Below, piece by piece: positions 17,539-26,057 of a stretch of 47,784 nt of DNA. The number at the start of each line of letters is the position of its first letter. Position 1 is the first letter of the stretch. The translations under genes were made by a program, and so were the position numbers. The notes under the pieces were generated by a model that saw only the letters and a list, made by a program, of their open reading frames with translations, did not search any database and was not told the DNA's origin. This DNA comes from a virus: the UHGV virus genome UHGV-1372857; one strand, given 5' to 3'.

Positions 17539-17568
17539 CCACATCCAGCGGTTACGCCATGCTATAAT

Positions 17569-17591
17569 CCCATCCATGCGATGGGATTTTT
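17569..17591 (+). terminator. rho-independent terminator (CCCATC catgc GATGGG atttttt)
   Basis: 6-bp stem followed by a T-run, just upstream of the portal gene. An extended -10 (TGcTATAAT, 17561-17569) sits immediately 5' of the hairpin. Confidence 0.55.
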
Positions 17592-17603
17592 TATGGTGAC
17601 GAA

Positions 17604-19058
17604 ATGTCAAAGTTAGAGGCGGTAAACGCCTATATTCAGCAGCGAGTGGCGAACAATAACAGACTCATCGAGCGGCAGCGCCGGGAGTTTGGCGGTGTAA
17701 ACATAGACCAAAAGCACACCCGACTGTATGTCGAATGCGGCTACCCTGAAGAAATCACCGCCGAGATGTTCCGCTATGCCTATGAGCGCTATGCACCGGC
17801 AACAGCTGGCGTCAATCGCGTACTCGATAAGTGCTGGCAGACTTCGCCGCAAATCCTTCAGGAAGGCGCCGATGATAAAGCAAGCACCCCGTGGGAGAAG
17901 GCCGCCAATAAGCTGTTTAAGCGTGCTGCGCCATTCATCAAGGATGCAGACCGGCGCAACCTCATCAACCGCTATTCCGGCCTAATCCTGCAAATCCGAG
18001 ATGGGAAACAGTGGAGTGAGCCGGTAGACACCACGAAAACAAGACGCATCAAGGATGCTGCCATTATCCGTTACATTCCGGCGTGGGAAGAACAGCTTCG
18101 CGTTAGCGAATGGGAAAATGACGAATCCAGCGAAGACTATGGTCAGCCGAAGATGTACGAATATCAGGAGTCGGTAGTCGGCGCCTGCAATAGCGACGGC
18201 AAACCAACGCGCTCCCTGAGCATTCACCCTGACCGCGTCATCGTATTTGCCGAGGGTGCGATGGATGGCTCCATTTACTCTGGCGTCCCACTTCTTCGTG
18301 CTGGGTATAACCACCTCATCGACATGGCGAAAGTCACCGGTTCAAGCGCTGAGGGCTTCCTGAAGAATGCCAGTCGGCAGCTCAACGTTAATTATAATAA
18401 AGACAACGTTTCCGCTCAGTCTCTAGCTCAGCAAATGGGCGTGCCGCTGGAAGAGCTGGCAGATGTGCTCAATGAGGATGTGGCGCGCCTGAATGAGGCG
18501 ATTGACGCAGCGATGTTCACTATGGGCGCTGATGTCAAGGTGCTATCAGTGACGCCAGCCGACCCAGGCCCAACGTGGACTATTGCGGCCAACCAGTTTG
18601 CGGCATCCATCAAGAAGCCATTCACCATCCTGTTTGGTCAGCAGACTGGCCGCCTTGCGTCCGATGAGGATAAAACCGACGACGCCATGAGCGCCAAACA
18701 GCGCCGTGAGGACTGGCTGGACTACATCATCTCGGTATTCATTGACCGGATGATTTCCTTTGGCATTCTGGACAAGGCGCCAGAGAGCGGTTATTACTGC
18801 AAATGGGACGACCTGCTTGCACCTTCCGAGCTGAACAAGGCCGACCTGCTAGTCAAACTTGCCACCGCAAACAAATCTGTATTCGACGCAGGCCAGATGG
18901 CCCTGATGACCGCAGATGAGATGCGCGGCATTGTTGGCATGGAGCCTCTGGAAGAGCAGCTTCCTGAAGGATTGCAGGAAGGTCAGCAGCAACAACAAGA
19001 CCAGCAATCGCAGCAAGACCAACAGCAGGGCCAGACTGATGCGCCTCCTCAAAATTAA
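17604..19058 (+). CDS. portal protein
   Basis: 484 aa, directly downstream of terminase with an accessory island in between. Gln-rich C-terminus ([17 protein letters not shown]). Confidence 0.7.
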   Translation: MSKLEAVNAYIQQRVANNNRLIERQRREFGGVNIDQKHTRLYVECGYPEEITAEMFRYAYERYAPATAGVNRVLDKCWQTSPQILQEGADDKASTPWEKAANKLFKRAAPFIKDADRRNLINRYSGLILQIRDGKQWSEPVDTTKTRRIKDAAIIRYIPAWEEQLRVSEWENDESSEDYGQPKMYEYQESVVGACNSDGKPTRSLSIHPDRVIVFAEGAMDGSIYSGVPLLRAGYNHLIDMAKVTGSSAEGFLKNASRQLNVNYNKDNVSAQSLAQQMGVPLEELADVLNEDVARLNEAIDAAMFTMGADVKVLSVTPADPGPTWTIAANQFAASIKKPFTILFGQQTGRLASDEDKTDDAMSAKQRREDWLDYIISVFIDRMISFGILDKAPESGYYCKWDDLLAPSELNKADLLVKLATANKSVFDAGQMALMTADEMRGIVGMEPLEEQLPEGLQEGQQQQQDQQSQQDQQQGQTDAPPQN

Positions 19059-19086
19059 TGCCCGGCTTCCGCAGCCAAAATTAAGC

Positions 19087-19983
19087 ATGAGCCTGACAGA
19101 CCCACTAGGTGCAGTGGGTCGCGTCAATAAGATGGTGCGCGATGTTGATGCCAGATATGTGACACTAAAATCGCAGGTTGCCGAGCTGTTCCGCACGATT
19201 CCTGTGGCTACCGGCAATGCGGAGGCTGGAAATTATTATTATGATTTCTCCGCCTACCGCGCATCGACATTCTTTGATGAACTTCAGCGCATTCTTGATG
19301 GTCAGTTGCTGGAAGGTGATGATTTCACGCATGGAAGGTTGTGGGCCTCATCCTACGTCAGCGACGCCATGTATGCTGGCACGCAGAAGGCAAATTCAGA
19401 CCTTGGCGACCTGTCGTCGGCATACAAAGACAGCAGGCCTCTTGCTGAAATCCTGTACTCTCAGCCGTATCTCGACAGACTTCAGCTTGCGTACACGCGC
19501 ACGTATAATGATTGGGGTGGCCTCTCTGATTACACGCGGCAGCAGGTGGCGGAAGTCATTACTGCTGGCATTGCAAATGGCGACGCTCCTGGGGTGGTTG
19601 AGCAAAACATCGTTAACCGCATGGACGTGTCAAGGAGCTATGCGCGGTCAATCGCTCAGACTGAAATTACCAACACCCTGCGTGAGGCTAACAGGCGCGA
19701 AGTGAAAGAGGCGCAGGTCACGCTGGGGATGGATACCATCATGCTCTGGCAGTCGGCGCTTATGAAAACTACCCGCGTCACTCATGCCGCGCGTCATGGG
19801 AAGTATTACACCCCGGAAGAGATTGATGAGTTCTACAGCGAAGGGGCAAACCGCCGCAACTGTCACTGCGCGCAGACTCCAGCGCTGGTGATGGATGGCA
19901 AGCCTGTGATACTTGAGAAGACGCAGGAAAGGCTCGATAAGCAGCGTGAGGCGTGGCAGGATGCACACAAGAAAGCCGCCTGA
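19087..19983 (+). CDS. head morphogenesis / minor capsid protein (Mu gpF / SPP1 gp7 family)
   Basis: Lies after the portal gene. 298 aa with a His/Cys-containing C-terminus (HAARHGKYYTPEE…NCHCAQTP). Confidence 0.6.
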   Translation: MSLTDPLGAVGRVNKMVRDVDARYVTLKSQVAELFRTIPVATGNAEAGNYYYDFSAYRASTFFDELQRILDGQLLEGDDFTHGRLWASSYVSDAMYAGTQKANSDLGDLSSAYKDSRPLAEILYSQPYLDRLQLAYTRTYNDWGGLSDYTRQQVAEVITAGIANGDAPGVVEQNIVNRMDVSRSYARSIAQTEITNTLREANRREVKEAQVTLGMDTIMLWQSALMKTTRVTHAARHGKYYTPEEIDEFYSEGANRRNCHCAQTPALVMDGKPVILEKTQERLDKQREAWQDAHKKAA

Positions 19984-20069
19984 TGGCGGCTTAATTTTAT
20001 CTAAGCATCATGCACACAACAAAGATTATTATTGCGTAGCATAATATCTCTATAATGCTGAATATTGTT

Positions 20070-20954
20070 TTAATCATCCAGTTTCACTCCTGGAATTTTA
20101 CCTGCTGCGATGGCATCGTAAGCCCTGGCGGCATACTTGGCTGCTGTTGCCATTCCTGTGTCAGGAATTTCTCCGCAAATTGCATCAGTTATTTTTGTTA
20201 TTGCCTCCTCGCGCTTCCGCTCCGCTTCTGAGCGGATGTGGCGGAATTTGTAACCATCATTTTCATACAGGATTGCAAAATCCCCGTTATGGTCAATTAT
20301 ACAAACTTGTGACTCTTGTCCTTTCTTGTGATTGAAGTGAACTATTTTGCATAAAGTCCACTGACCTGAAAATACGTTCCTGTCTTCTGTAACCTCACAC
20401 TCACAACCAACCGGCGGCAATCCTTCGCCATTCCAAACCGGCGCAGTATCCTGACCGATGCACTCATTCAGGTCGTTTTCGTCATCCGCTTTGGCCTGCT
20501 CTGCTTCCTGCGGCTTGTGCAGGCGGTAGGCGATAATATCAGAATCAGTTCCTTCATGAGTCCAGCGCCAACAGTCTGCAATGTTGGCGGACATTCTTCC
20601 ACCGTGCCCGAATATAACATCAACCATTTCACGGGCATCCACCGGGCACTCACCACCACCCCACTCAATCCAGCCGTCATTCTTCGCAGCCAGCGCGGCT
20701 TCGTACTGTTCGCGGGTGATGATGGCGGTGTCCCAATCGTCAGCAACGGCGTCATATTTTTTTATTTTTGCGTCTGCGTGACCTGTTCCATTATTTGCTA
20801 ACCATATATTTTTTTTAAGATACGGAGCTTTGTGGTATCCAAATGCCACCCCTTTGTATATGCTACTCCCGTTATCCTGTGTAATGAACTCCACTCCATC
20901 AGGCCATTGCCAGCCATTCATACCATCCTCAACCAGCATATCAATAAGCTTCAT
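20070..20954 (-). CDS. hypothetical moron protein (294 aa) with internal repeats and a DDENDLNECIG motif
   Basis: Opposite-strand ORF inside the head-gene region. GWQWPDGVEF and GWIEWGGGECP form an internal repeat. Shares a motif with the 23765..24313 product. Confidence 0.55.
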   Translation of the reverse strand: MKLIDMLVEDGMNGWQWPDGVEFITQDNGSSIYKGVAFGYHKAPYLKKNIWLANNGTGHADAKIKKYDAVADDWDTAIITREQYEAALAAKNDGWIEWGGGECPVDAREMVDVIFGHGGRMSANIADCWRWTHEGTDSDIIAYRLHKPQEAEQAKADDENDLNECIGQDTAPVWNGEGLPPVGCECEVTEDRNVFSGQWTLCKIVHFNHKKGQESQVCIIDHNGDFAILYENDGYKFRHIRSEAERKREEAITKITDAICGEIPDTGMATAAKYAARAYDAIAAGKIPGVKLDD

Positions 20955-21080
20955 TTCTTCTTCCGTTATAAATGCTTTTCAGTTCACCCATCACATTCAG
21001 CCATGCTGCATGCTCATCCATGCCGCGCATCACCAGCTTTACGTAGCGATTACGGGCCTTAAACATCAGGCGCGGGCACA

Positions 21081-21371
21081 TTACAAGTCACCCATGCTTG
21101 ATACGCAAAGCGCAATTGTGATTGCCTTGATTTCTTTTGGTGTCTTGTTCGGCATTGAGTAGGCCATCTTCACTGTTGCACCAAGCACCTTGTTGGCATC
21201 CACTCCGTACTCAGGACTTTGTGCTACCGCCATTGCTATGCTCTGAGGTACGCCGGAATCACGAGCATCAGCCGCGGCGAATCCAACATCACCAACTTTG
21301 TTGCACACTTCACCAGCCGATGCGCCAAATGAAGCCATTGCGAATACTGCTACTGCGATAAATTTTTTCAT
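21081..21371 (-). CDS. small secreted/periplasmic protein (signal peptide MKKFIAVAVFAMASFGASA|GE)
   Basis: Signal peptide with an AxA site. Promoter TTGACGTAGATT-N11-GATGAT at 21431-21403 (minus strand). Confidence 0.55.
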   Translation of the reverse strand: MKKFIAVAVFAMASFGASAGEVCNKVGDVGFAAADARDSGVPQSIAMAVAQSPEYGVDANKVLGATVKMAYSMPNKTPKEIKAITIALCVSSMGDL

Positions 21372-21405
21372 CTTGAATCCCCTGTGTTTGTGTAACTACA
21401 TCATC

Positions 21406-21431
21406 GCCTACGATTCAATCTACGTCAATAT
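21406..21431 (-). promoter_or_regulatory. promoter of the TTGACGTAGATT family (minus strand) for 21371..21081
   Basis: TTGACG tagattgaatcgtaggc GATGAT. The same 30-bp plus-strand context (TCAATCTACGTCAAyAykTTTATGATAAAAT) recurs at 33253-33283. Confidence 0.45.
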
Positions 21432-21469
21432 GTTTATGATAAAATAATCTGCATCACCGGAGGTAACAA

Positions 21470-21907
21470 ATGAAACTATCAACGCGCGGAAAGAATTTAA
21501 TTAAATCTCATGAAGGGCTGGTGCTTGCGGTCTACCCTGACCCGGCGACCGGAGGCGCTCCGTACACCGCCGGATACGGTCATACCGGAAGCGACGTTAA
21601 GCCGGGAATGAAGGTCACGCAGGCAATGGCTGACGCATGGTTTGATAAAGACGTAGCGAAATTTGAAAGCGGCGTCTCGTCACTCATTACCGCCCCAACA
21701 ACTCAGGGTCAGTTTGATGCAATGGTGTCGCTGGCCTATAACATCGGCCTTGGTAACTTTGGCAAATCAACGCTTCTGAAAAAGCATAACGCCCGCTGCT
21801 ACACCTGCGCCGCCGACCAGTTCAGGGTATGGAATCGCGCCAATGGCAAGGTTATGAACGGACTCACCAAGCGCCGCGCAGCCGAACGTGAGGTATACAT
21901 GTCATGA
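21470..21907 (+). CDS. endolysin, GH24 lysozyme family
   Basis: SHEGLVLAVYPDPATGGAPYTAGYGHTG matches the E-x8-D-x7-T catalytic signature of T4/P22-type lysozymes. Confidence 0.85.
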   Translation: MKLSTRGKNLIKSHEGLVLAVYPDPATGGAPYTAGYGHTGSDVKPGMKVTQAMADAWFDKDVAKFESGVSSLITAPTTQGQFDAMVSLAYNIGLGNFGKSTLLKKHNARCYTCAADQFRVWNRANGKVMNGLTKRRAAEREVYMS

Positions 21908-22137
21908 AGCGCCTCAGTAACTGGCTTATCGGCATTTGGGCGTCATTCTGCTCGCTGATTCAGCTCTGGCCTGACGCTATGGTTCATGTGTGGGCTTTCA
22001 TGCCTGAAGACCTCAAGTCTGCCATTCCGCCGATTGCGGTCAAGGCGATCAGCTACAGCATCCTTCTTGCCTCGCTATTTGGAAAAATGCACGGCATGAA
22101 GAAAGAGATTAAGGCGCTGAAAAATGACCAGAATTAA
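21904..22137 (+). CDS. putative holin (two TM segments)
   Basis: 77 aa with two hydrophobic helices and a charged C-terminus. Coupled to the endolysin gene and precedes the spanins. Confidence 0.5.
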   Translation: MKRLSNWLIGIWASFCSLIQLWPDAMVHVWAFMPEDLKSAIPPIAVKAISYSILLASLFGKMHGMKKEIKALKNDQN

Positions 22138-22504
22138 GTTAATTCTAATCGCCATAGGCGTCTCGGTAATCATTGCTGCATCTGGTTATGGCGCTGGATA
22201 CCTGAAAGGATGGTATGCGCGCAGCGAAAAGGTTAATCTTGACGCAGAAAAGCGCAGGCAGGCGGCGCAAAGCAAGCAGGCTAAGTCCACGACGCAATCT
22301 CAGCAGGTGCGTGTTGTGACTGAAACCAAATACAAAACCATTTACCGTGACGTGGTGAAATATGTCTCCGACCCGAATCGTAATGTGTGTGTTTTTGATG
22401 ATAACTATCAGCGGTTGCGCCAACAATCCCTCGACGCCGACGCCTCCATCAGCAGAGATGCTGGGTCAGGTGTGCGAATTGTCGAAAGTGGCGCCAAAAA
22501 ATAG
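22124..22504 (+). CDS. i-spanin (Rz-like) with N-terminal TM
   Basis: N-terminal TM MTRIKLILIAIGVSVIIAASG followed by a Gln/Lys-rich coiled coil. Confidence 0.65.
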   Translation: MTRIKLILIAIGVSVIIAASGYGAGYLKGWYARSEKVNLDAEKRRQAAQSKQAKSTTQSQQVRVVTETKYKTIYRDVVKYVSDPNRNVCVFDDNYQRLRQQSLDADASISRDAGSGVRIVESGAKK

Positions 22505-22610
22505 CGACGAAAGTATCGCTATGGAGAACCAGAACACGGAATGTGCCACGAAAAGAAAGATGACGATTTACGACTGGCAGGATTGGTATCGTGACAATTT
22601 TGGTAAGTGA
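22362..22610 (+). CDS. o-spanin (Rz1-like lipoprotein) in the +1 frame, overlapping the 3' half of Rz and extending past it
   Basis: Lipobox LMITISGC|AN followed by a Pro-rich segment. Overlapped arrangement as in P2 lysB/lysC. Confidence 0.65.
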   Translation: MSPTRIVMCVFLMITISGCANNPSTPTPPSAEMLGQVCELSKVAPKNSDESIAMENQNTECATKRKMTIYDWQDWYRDNFGK

Positions 22611-22616
22611 GATGAT

Positions 22617-22760
22617 ATGAAAGAAGACATCGCAAAGCAAAAATACAACAAGATGGCGTCTAATGTGGCGTCAGGCAGGGCTGGTTATCAACCAGCACGC
22701 AAAAGCCGGTATAGCAAGACGGCAAAAGATGAATACGGTCCTGCGCCTCAATTCCTGTAG
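22617..22760 (+). CDS. hypothetical small basic protein (47 aa)
   Basis: ORF after the spanins, before the terminator. Confidence 0.3.
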   Translation: MKEDIAKQKYNKMASNVASGRAGYQPARKSRYSKTAKDEYGPAPQFL

Positions 22761-22767
22761 CAATAAA

Positions 22768-22795
22768 AAAGCCCCGTAAAGGGGCTTTGTTTTAT
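22768..22795. terminator. bidirectional rho-independent terminator (aaaaa GCCCCG taaa GGGGC tttgtttt)
   Basis: GC stem with flanking A-runs and T-runs. Separates the plus-strand lysis genes from the minus-strand accessory block. Confidence 0.7.
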
Positions 22796-22797
22796 CG

Positions 22798-22974
22798 GAT
22801 TGATAGATACTTAGCTAACTCCCCATTCTTATCTAGTTTGGCCATCTCAATAATGTCTTTCCCTGACATTCCGGCAGTGTTACGCGCCACCACAACCCCA
22901 CCTTCTACAGTGAGGTTAACACCAGATGACTGCATTCTTTTGACGAATTCCTCAACTTTCTTACTCATATAAAG
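22798..22974 (-). CDS. hypothetical small protein (58 aa; MSKKVEEFVKRMQSSGVNLTVEGG…)
   Basis: Not in the ORF track because it is under 60 aa. Good RBS tgaggg, last gene of the minus block. Confidence 0.4.
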
Positions 22975-23173
22975 CCCTCATTTTATACCCAAACATAACT
23001 GCGTTCTGATGCTCAACACTACCAGCAAATGCCAGATAGCGGCGACTACGGTTGCTGGTGATGATGTAGGCTGCTGGTTCGCTGAACCTCGGTATGTGAT
23101 AATCTCGCCGGGCAGGCTCATGCAACTCTACCATGTCAATTTCAATGCGTGGCGTTGGATTTTCGATTGGCAT
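22961..23173 (-). CDS. hypothetical protein (70 aa)
   Basis: ORF in the minus-strand block. Confidence 0.4.
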   Translation of the reverse strand: MPIENPTPRIEIDMVELHEPARRDYHIPRFSEPAAYIITSNRSRRYLAFAGSVEHQNAVMFGYKMRALYE

Positions 23174-23535
23174 TATTTACCAGCCTCCTCTGCTACCTTT
23201 TCTTTCATCGCCATCATAAGGATAACCGCGGCAGCGTAAAAACCACCAAGCCAGAAGTAGCCAAGTGCGAACATCGCTGCTATCTCGCAGAAAGATGTTA
23301 TCGCTCCATACTTTTTCTGAATCCATAGCGGCTTTTTGTATCTTGCAACCGCCTTTTGTAGCAGATCATCAGATGAAATGGTGCTGATAGCAACAATGAT
23401 GCCACCAATGCTGATGAACCAGAAAAAAGCCATTGCCATATTGTACGCATACACATCCTGCATAAACAGGCCGAAGTAAATCAGCGGCCACATCAGGAAG
23501 ATATCCCATGCGATGTTTTTCAGGAGTCTTTTCAT
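23173..23535 (-). CDS. integral membrane protein (~4 TM), candidate superinfection-exclusion / immunity-type protein
   Basis: Hydrophobic segments IFLMWPLIYFGLF, MAFFWFISIGGIIVAIS and AAMFALGYFWLGGFYAAAVILMM. The ORF-track start 23586 is less likely than the M at 23535. Confidence 0.5.
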   Translation of the reverse strand: MKRLLKNIAWDIFLMWPLIYFGLFMQDVYAYNMAMAFFWFISIGGIIVAISTISSDDLLQKAVARYKKPLWIQKKYGAITSFCEIAAMFALGYFWLGGFYAAAVILMMAMKEKVAEEAGK

Positions 23536-23768
23536 AGCTTCACCATTGACGCTTTGCCTAGCTTGTTGTTGACGTGCTGGATGCACTTGATAATCTCCCC
23601 AACCTCATCATGAGTAAACAAGCTGCAATCATATGCAGCATTGACCTTATCACCTGTCACTTCAATAGTCAGGTGCTTGCCTTTAAATCGCGCAGCAAAC
23701 CCATTGCACTCAAAGTGCCCTGATTCTTGCGCTGCATTATCCGCGCATGCATTGGTAACTTTCATCAC
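23532..23768 (-). CDS. hypothetical protein (78 aa)
   Basis: Coupled ORF. Confidence 0.4.
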   Translation of the reverse strand: MMKVTNACADNAAQESGHFECNGFAARFKGKHLTIEVTGDKVNAAYDCSLFTHDEVGEIIKCIQHVNNKLGKASMVKL

Positions 23769-24313
23769 TTTATCTCCCCATTCAGTTCATTAACAATTAA
23801 TGTTGCATAGCCAGCAATGTCTTTCCAGCTATCGTCGTATGTCGGGTCGCCATTCAGGATGCGGCCAATTTTATGCTGAATCATGTCGAGCGCTTCCTTC
23901 TGGCTCGCCGTCAGGTTATTCCAGCCGTCAACGTCGCGCATGGTGTCCTTCAGTGACTGCATGATATCTGCGCAGTCTTTGAATTTGCCATAGCGGCTGC
24001 CGCGCTCGGTGATGAGTTGCTCCACGCCTGGATATTCAATGGCTACAGCTCCAGCAATATCGCGTAATGGAATGTCTTGTATTGTTGCCTCTGGGGCACC
24101 GATGCAGCCATTAAGGTCTTGCTCATCGTCAGTGATTGGCTCGCGATGGGCAATAACGATATCGCCAGTTTTTTTGATATCTTCTTCCCGGCCTACATAA
24201 GCCATGCTGAGATAGTAGATTTCTCCACTTATTTTTTGTTTAACAATAAAACAAGCGTCGCCATAGCTGTAAAAATCAGCTTCATTTCCTTTATGGTATT
24301 TGTATTTCATCAC
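23765..24313 (-). CDS. hypothetical protein (182 aa) carrying a DDEQDLNGCIG motif (paralogue of part of the 20070..20954 product)
   Basis: Shared DDE[QN]DLN[GE]CIG motif. Confidence 0.5.
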   Translation of the reverse strand: MMKYKYHKGNEADFYSYGDACFIVKQKISGEIYYLSMAYVGREEDIKKTGDIVIAHREPITDDEQDLNGCIGAPEATIQDIPLRDIAGAVAIEYPGVEQLITERGSRYGKFKDCADIMQSLKDTMRDVDGWNNLTASQKEALDMIQHKIGRILNGDPTYDDSWKDIAGYATLIVNELNGEIK

Positions 24314-24510
24314 TCCACCCTCAATGTAACTTTGTTTTTTTCATCCACGCTGAAGTGTTCACGCACAAACGCATACATTTCTTCAGCGCTCCATTCCCGC
24401 ATTGCTACATAGCAGTGCGCGTAATATCTGACATCTCGCAGGCTTAACGGCTGGCGCTTAGCGATAATCTCAGTCAGTACTTCCAGTGGTTCTTTGCGTT
24501 GTCTCGCCAT
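24310..24510 (-). CDS. hypothetical protein (66 aa), first gene of the minus block
   Basis: ORF directly downstream of the divergent promoter region at 24530-24590. Confidence 0.45.
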   Translation of the reverse strand: MARQRKEPLEVLTEIIAKRQPLSLRDVRYYAHCYVAMREWSAEEMYAFVREHFSVDEKNKVTLRVE

Positions 24511-24534
24511 TGTCGCTCTCCTGTGAAAATCATC

Positions 24535-24552
24535 TTGACGAATCTACGTCAA
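24535..24552. promoter_or_regulatory. face-to-face divergent promoter element cTTGACGaatctaCGTCAAtt (palindromic -35 boxes)
   Basis: TTGACG on the plus strand at 24535-24540 and on the minus strand at 24552-24547. A further motif copy lies at 24573-24585. Confidence 0.45.
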
Positions 24553-24606
24553 TTAGTCAATACTAGATGGTGTAGATTATATCACAGTGATGAGGAGTGG
24601 TGTGGA

Positions 24607-24822
24607 ATGAAGAAGTGGCAGGAGGTGACAGAGGTTCATAAGCGCGATTGCCGGGAGACTCTGCAAATGCTTAATGTGCCGGAGTCAATCATTAAATCTA
24701 TCGAGCAGCGCATTGACCTCGCTGCTATGGAGGCCGCCCATGAAGCCGAGGAAGCGCAAATGTTGTCATGGATGGACAGAACTCTACCGGGCGTTTTACA
24801 TCGTAGTAAGACTACCGATTGA
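24607..24822 (+). CDS. hypothetical protein (71 aa)
   Basis: ATG at 24607 preceded by gaggagtgg. An alternative-frame ORF 24674..24910 overlaps it. Confidence 0.4.
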   Translation: MKKWQEVTEVHKRDCRETLQMLNVPESIIKSIEQRIDLAAMEAAHEAEEAQMLSWMDRTLPGVLHRSKTTD

Positions 24823-24906
24823 AGATGATGACGGGTATCTGCACAACCATAGTCAGGTACTCAAATATTATGGCGTTCACTACAAAGTGCTGATGGAGAG
24901 AAAAAA

Positions 24907-25098
24907 ATGACTACTGATCAGGTGTACGAAAAAGAGTTGCTGAACAAGCTGGAAGAACTCGACCGCACTCGCGCATGGGTTGAAAGCGAATTGCGCGAAG
25001 TTCGCAACCGCATGCAGCGGCAGGTTAACCGAGAAATTATCGAATGGCGCGAAGGGCGCCCGCATTTCAGCAATATTGGTGAATGGGTGGCGAAATGA
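24907..25098 (+). CDS. hypothetical coiled-coil protein (63 aa)
   Basis: ORF in the plus-strand small-gene cluster. Confidence 0.4.
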   Translation: MTTDQVYEKELLNKLEELDRTRAWVESELREVRNRMQRQVNREIIEWREGRPHFSNIGEWVAK

Positions 25099-25334
25099 AA
25101 CCAATGATGAATGATGATGGGCTGCTGGAGTGTCCGTTTTGCAACAGCAATCCATATGAGGATAGAGACAAGGCTGATGGCGGTTATTTTGTGGCCTGCG
25201 AGCAGTGTGGATGTAGCACCGATCACTGGTTGAAACAGGAAACCGCAATCATGAAATGGAACACCCGCAACGGCAACCTCTATACCGCTGACGACTACAA
25301 ACAGGATGCAATGGAGCGCGCAAATGGACTTTAA
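25083..25334 (+). CDS. lar: Lar-family restriction-alleviation protein-like zinc-ribbon protein
   Basis: LLECPFCNSNPYE…GYFVACEQCGCSTD…AIMKWNTR matches the Lar pattern (CPFCG … Y.V.C..CG … A…WN.R). Confidence 0.55.
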   Translation: MGGEMKPMMNDDGLLECPFCNSNPYEDRDKADGGYFVACEQCGCSTDHWLKQETAIMKWNTRNGNLYTADDYKQDAMERANGL

Positions 25335-25794
25335 GACCCAACTCATCAGCATTATTGAAAGGCATCCAGGCGCAACAAACGCAATGCTTCGCAAGCAGAC
25401 TGGCGTCAATGACCGTGTAAGAATAAATCTCTGCCTGGTAGAGATGGAGAAGATGGGGTTCATTGTCAAAGAAGAAGGGATAAGTCATGGTCGGCGCTGC
25501 TTTAAGTATTTCCTCAATCCCGATAATACTGCGCTTGACCTGGCAATTCAGACGTACCTTGAGGCGAATCCGGGACGCAAGAGCAAGCAGATAGCAGAGG
25601 CTGTAGGCGTCAATTACACCATCCTCAAGGCACGCATGCGCTATCTGGCAAGCATTGGTCAGGTTGATCGTGAAATGCTTCCCGGCGGCGCATGGAAATA
25701 TTACTGGCAGGAAATCATCCCGTTTGGAATGAGCCGTGACAGGATGATGTTTGAAAAGCTGCTTGCTGGGGCGCGCCAGTTATGTGGGCGGTAA
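25324..25794 (+). CDS. putative winged-helix DNA-binding protein (two wHTH-like halves)
   Basis: Repeated …NAMLRKQTGVNDRVRINLCLVEMEKMGFIVKEE… and …QIAEAVGVNYTILKARMRYLASIGQVDRE… halves. Confidence 0.35.
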   Translation: MDFKTQLISIIERHPGATNAMLRKQTGVNDRVRINLCLVEMEKMGFIVKEEGISHGRRCFKYFLNPDNTALDLAIQTYLEANPGRKSKQIAEAVGVNYTILKARMRYLASIGQVDREMLPGGAWKYYWQEIIPFGMSRDRMMFEKLLAGARQLCGR

Positions 25795-26057
25795 AGCATA
25801 AATCAGGAACCGTGCTGTTTGTCACCAATTGTGAGCGCACGGCCAATAATCGCAGAGAGATGGGGTGGATAGTGGAACAAAGAAAATGCAGAGTAACAAT
25901 TGAGTGGCTAAACGGAAAGAAAAGCACCTTCTTCGCCGATGAATGTGTAGAGATGGATAACAGCATCATGCTGTCAGTTAATGGCACTGATTTGCACATT
26001 CCATGGCAAAACATGATAGATGGCGAGATTAAGTATTTTGATGAGGAGGAGAAATGA
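25782..26057 (+). CDS. hypothetical protein (91 aa)
   Basis: Coupled ORF. Confidence 0.35.
   Translation: MWAVKHKSGTVLFVTNCERTANNRREMGWIVEQRKCRVTIEWLNGKKSTFFADECVEMDNSIMLSVNGTDLHIPWQNMIDGEIKYFDEEEK

Noticed and set aside
17561-17591. Extended -10 promoter immediately followed by a terminator hairpin as an attenuator for the portal operon
   Set aside because: A transcript from that -10 would start inside the terminator stem. More simply, the hairpin ends the accessory operon and the -10-like sequence is coincidental. Noted in features only.
24674-24910. Alternative-frame 78-aa ORF overlapping 24607..24822
   Set aside because: It overlaps a better-supported ORF that has an RBS. Both cannot be confidently called, so the 24607 frame with gaggag RBS was kept.
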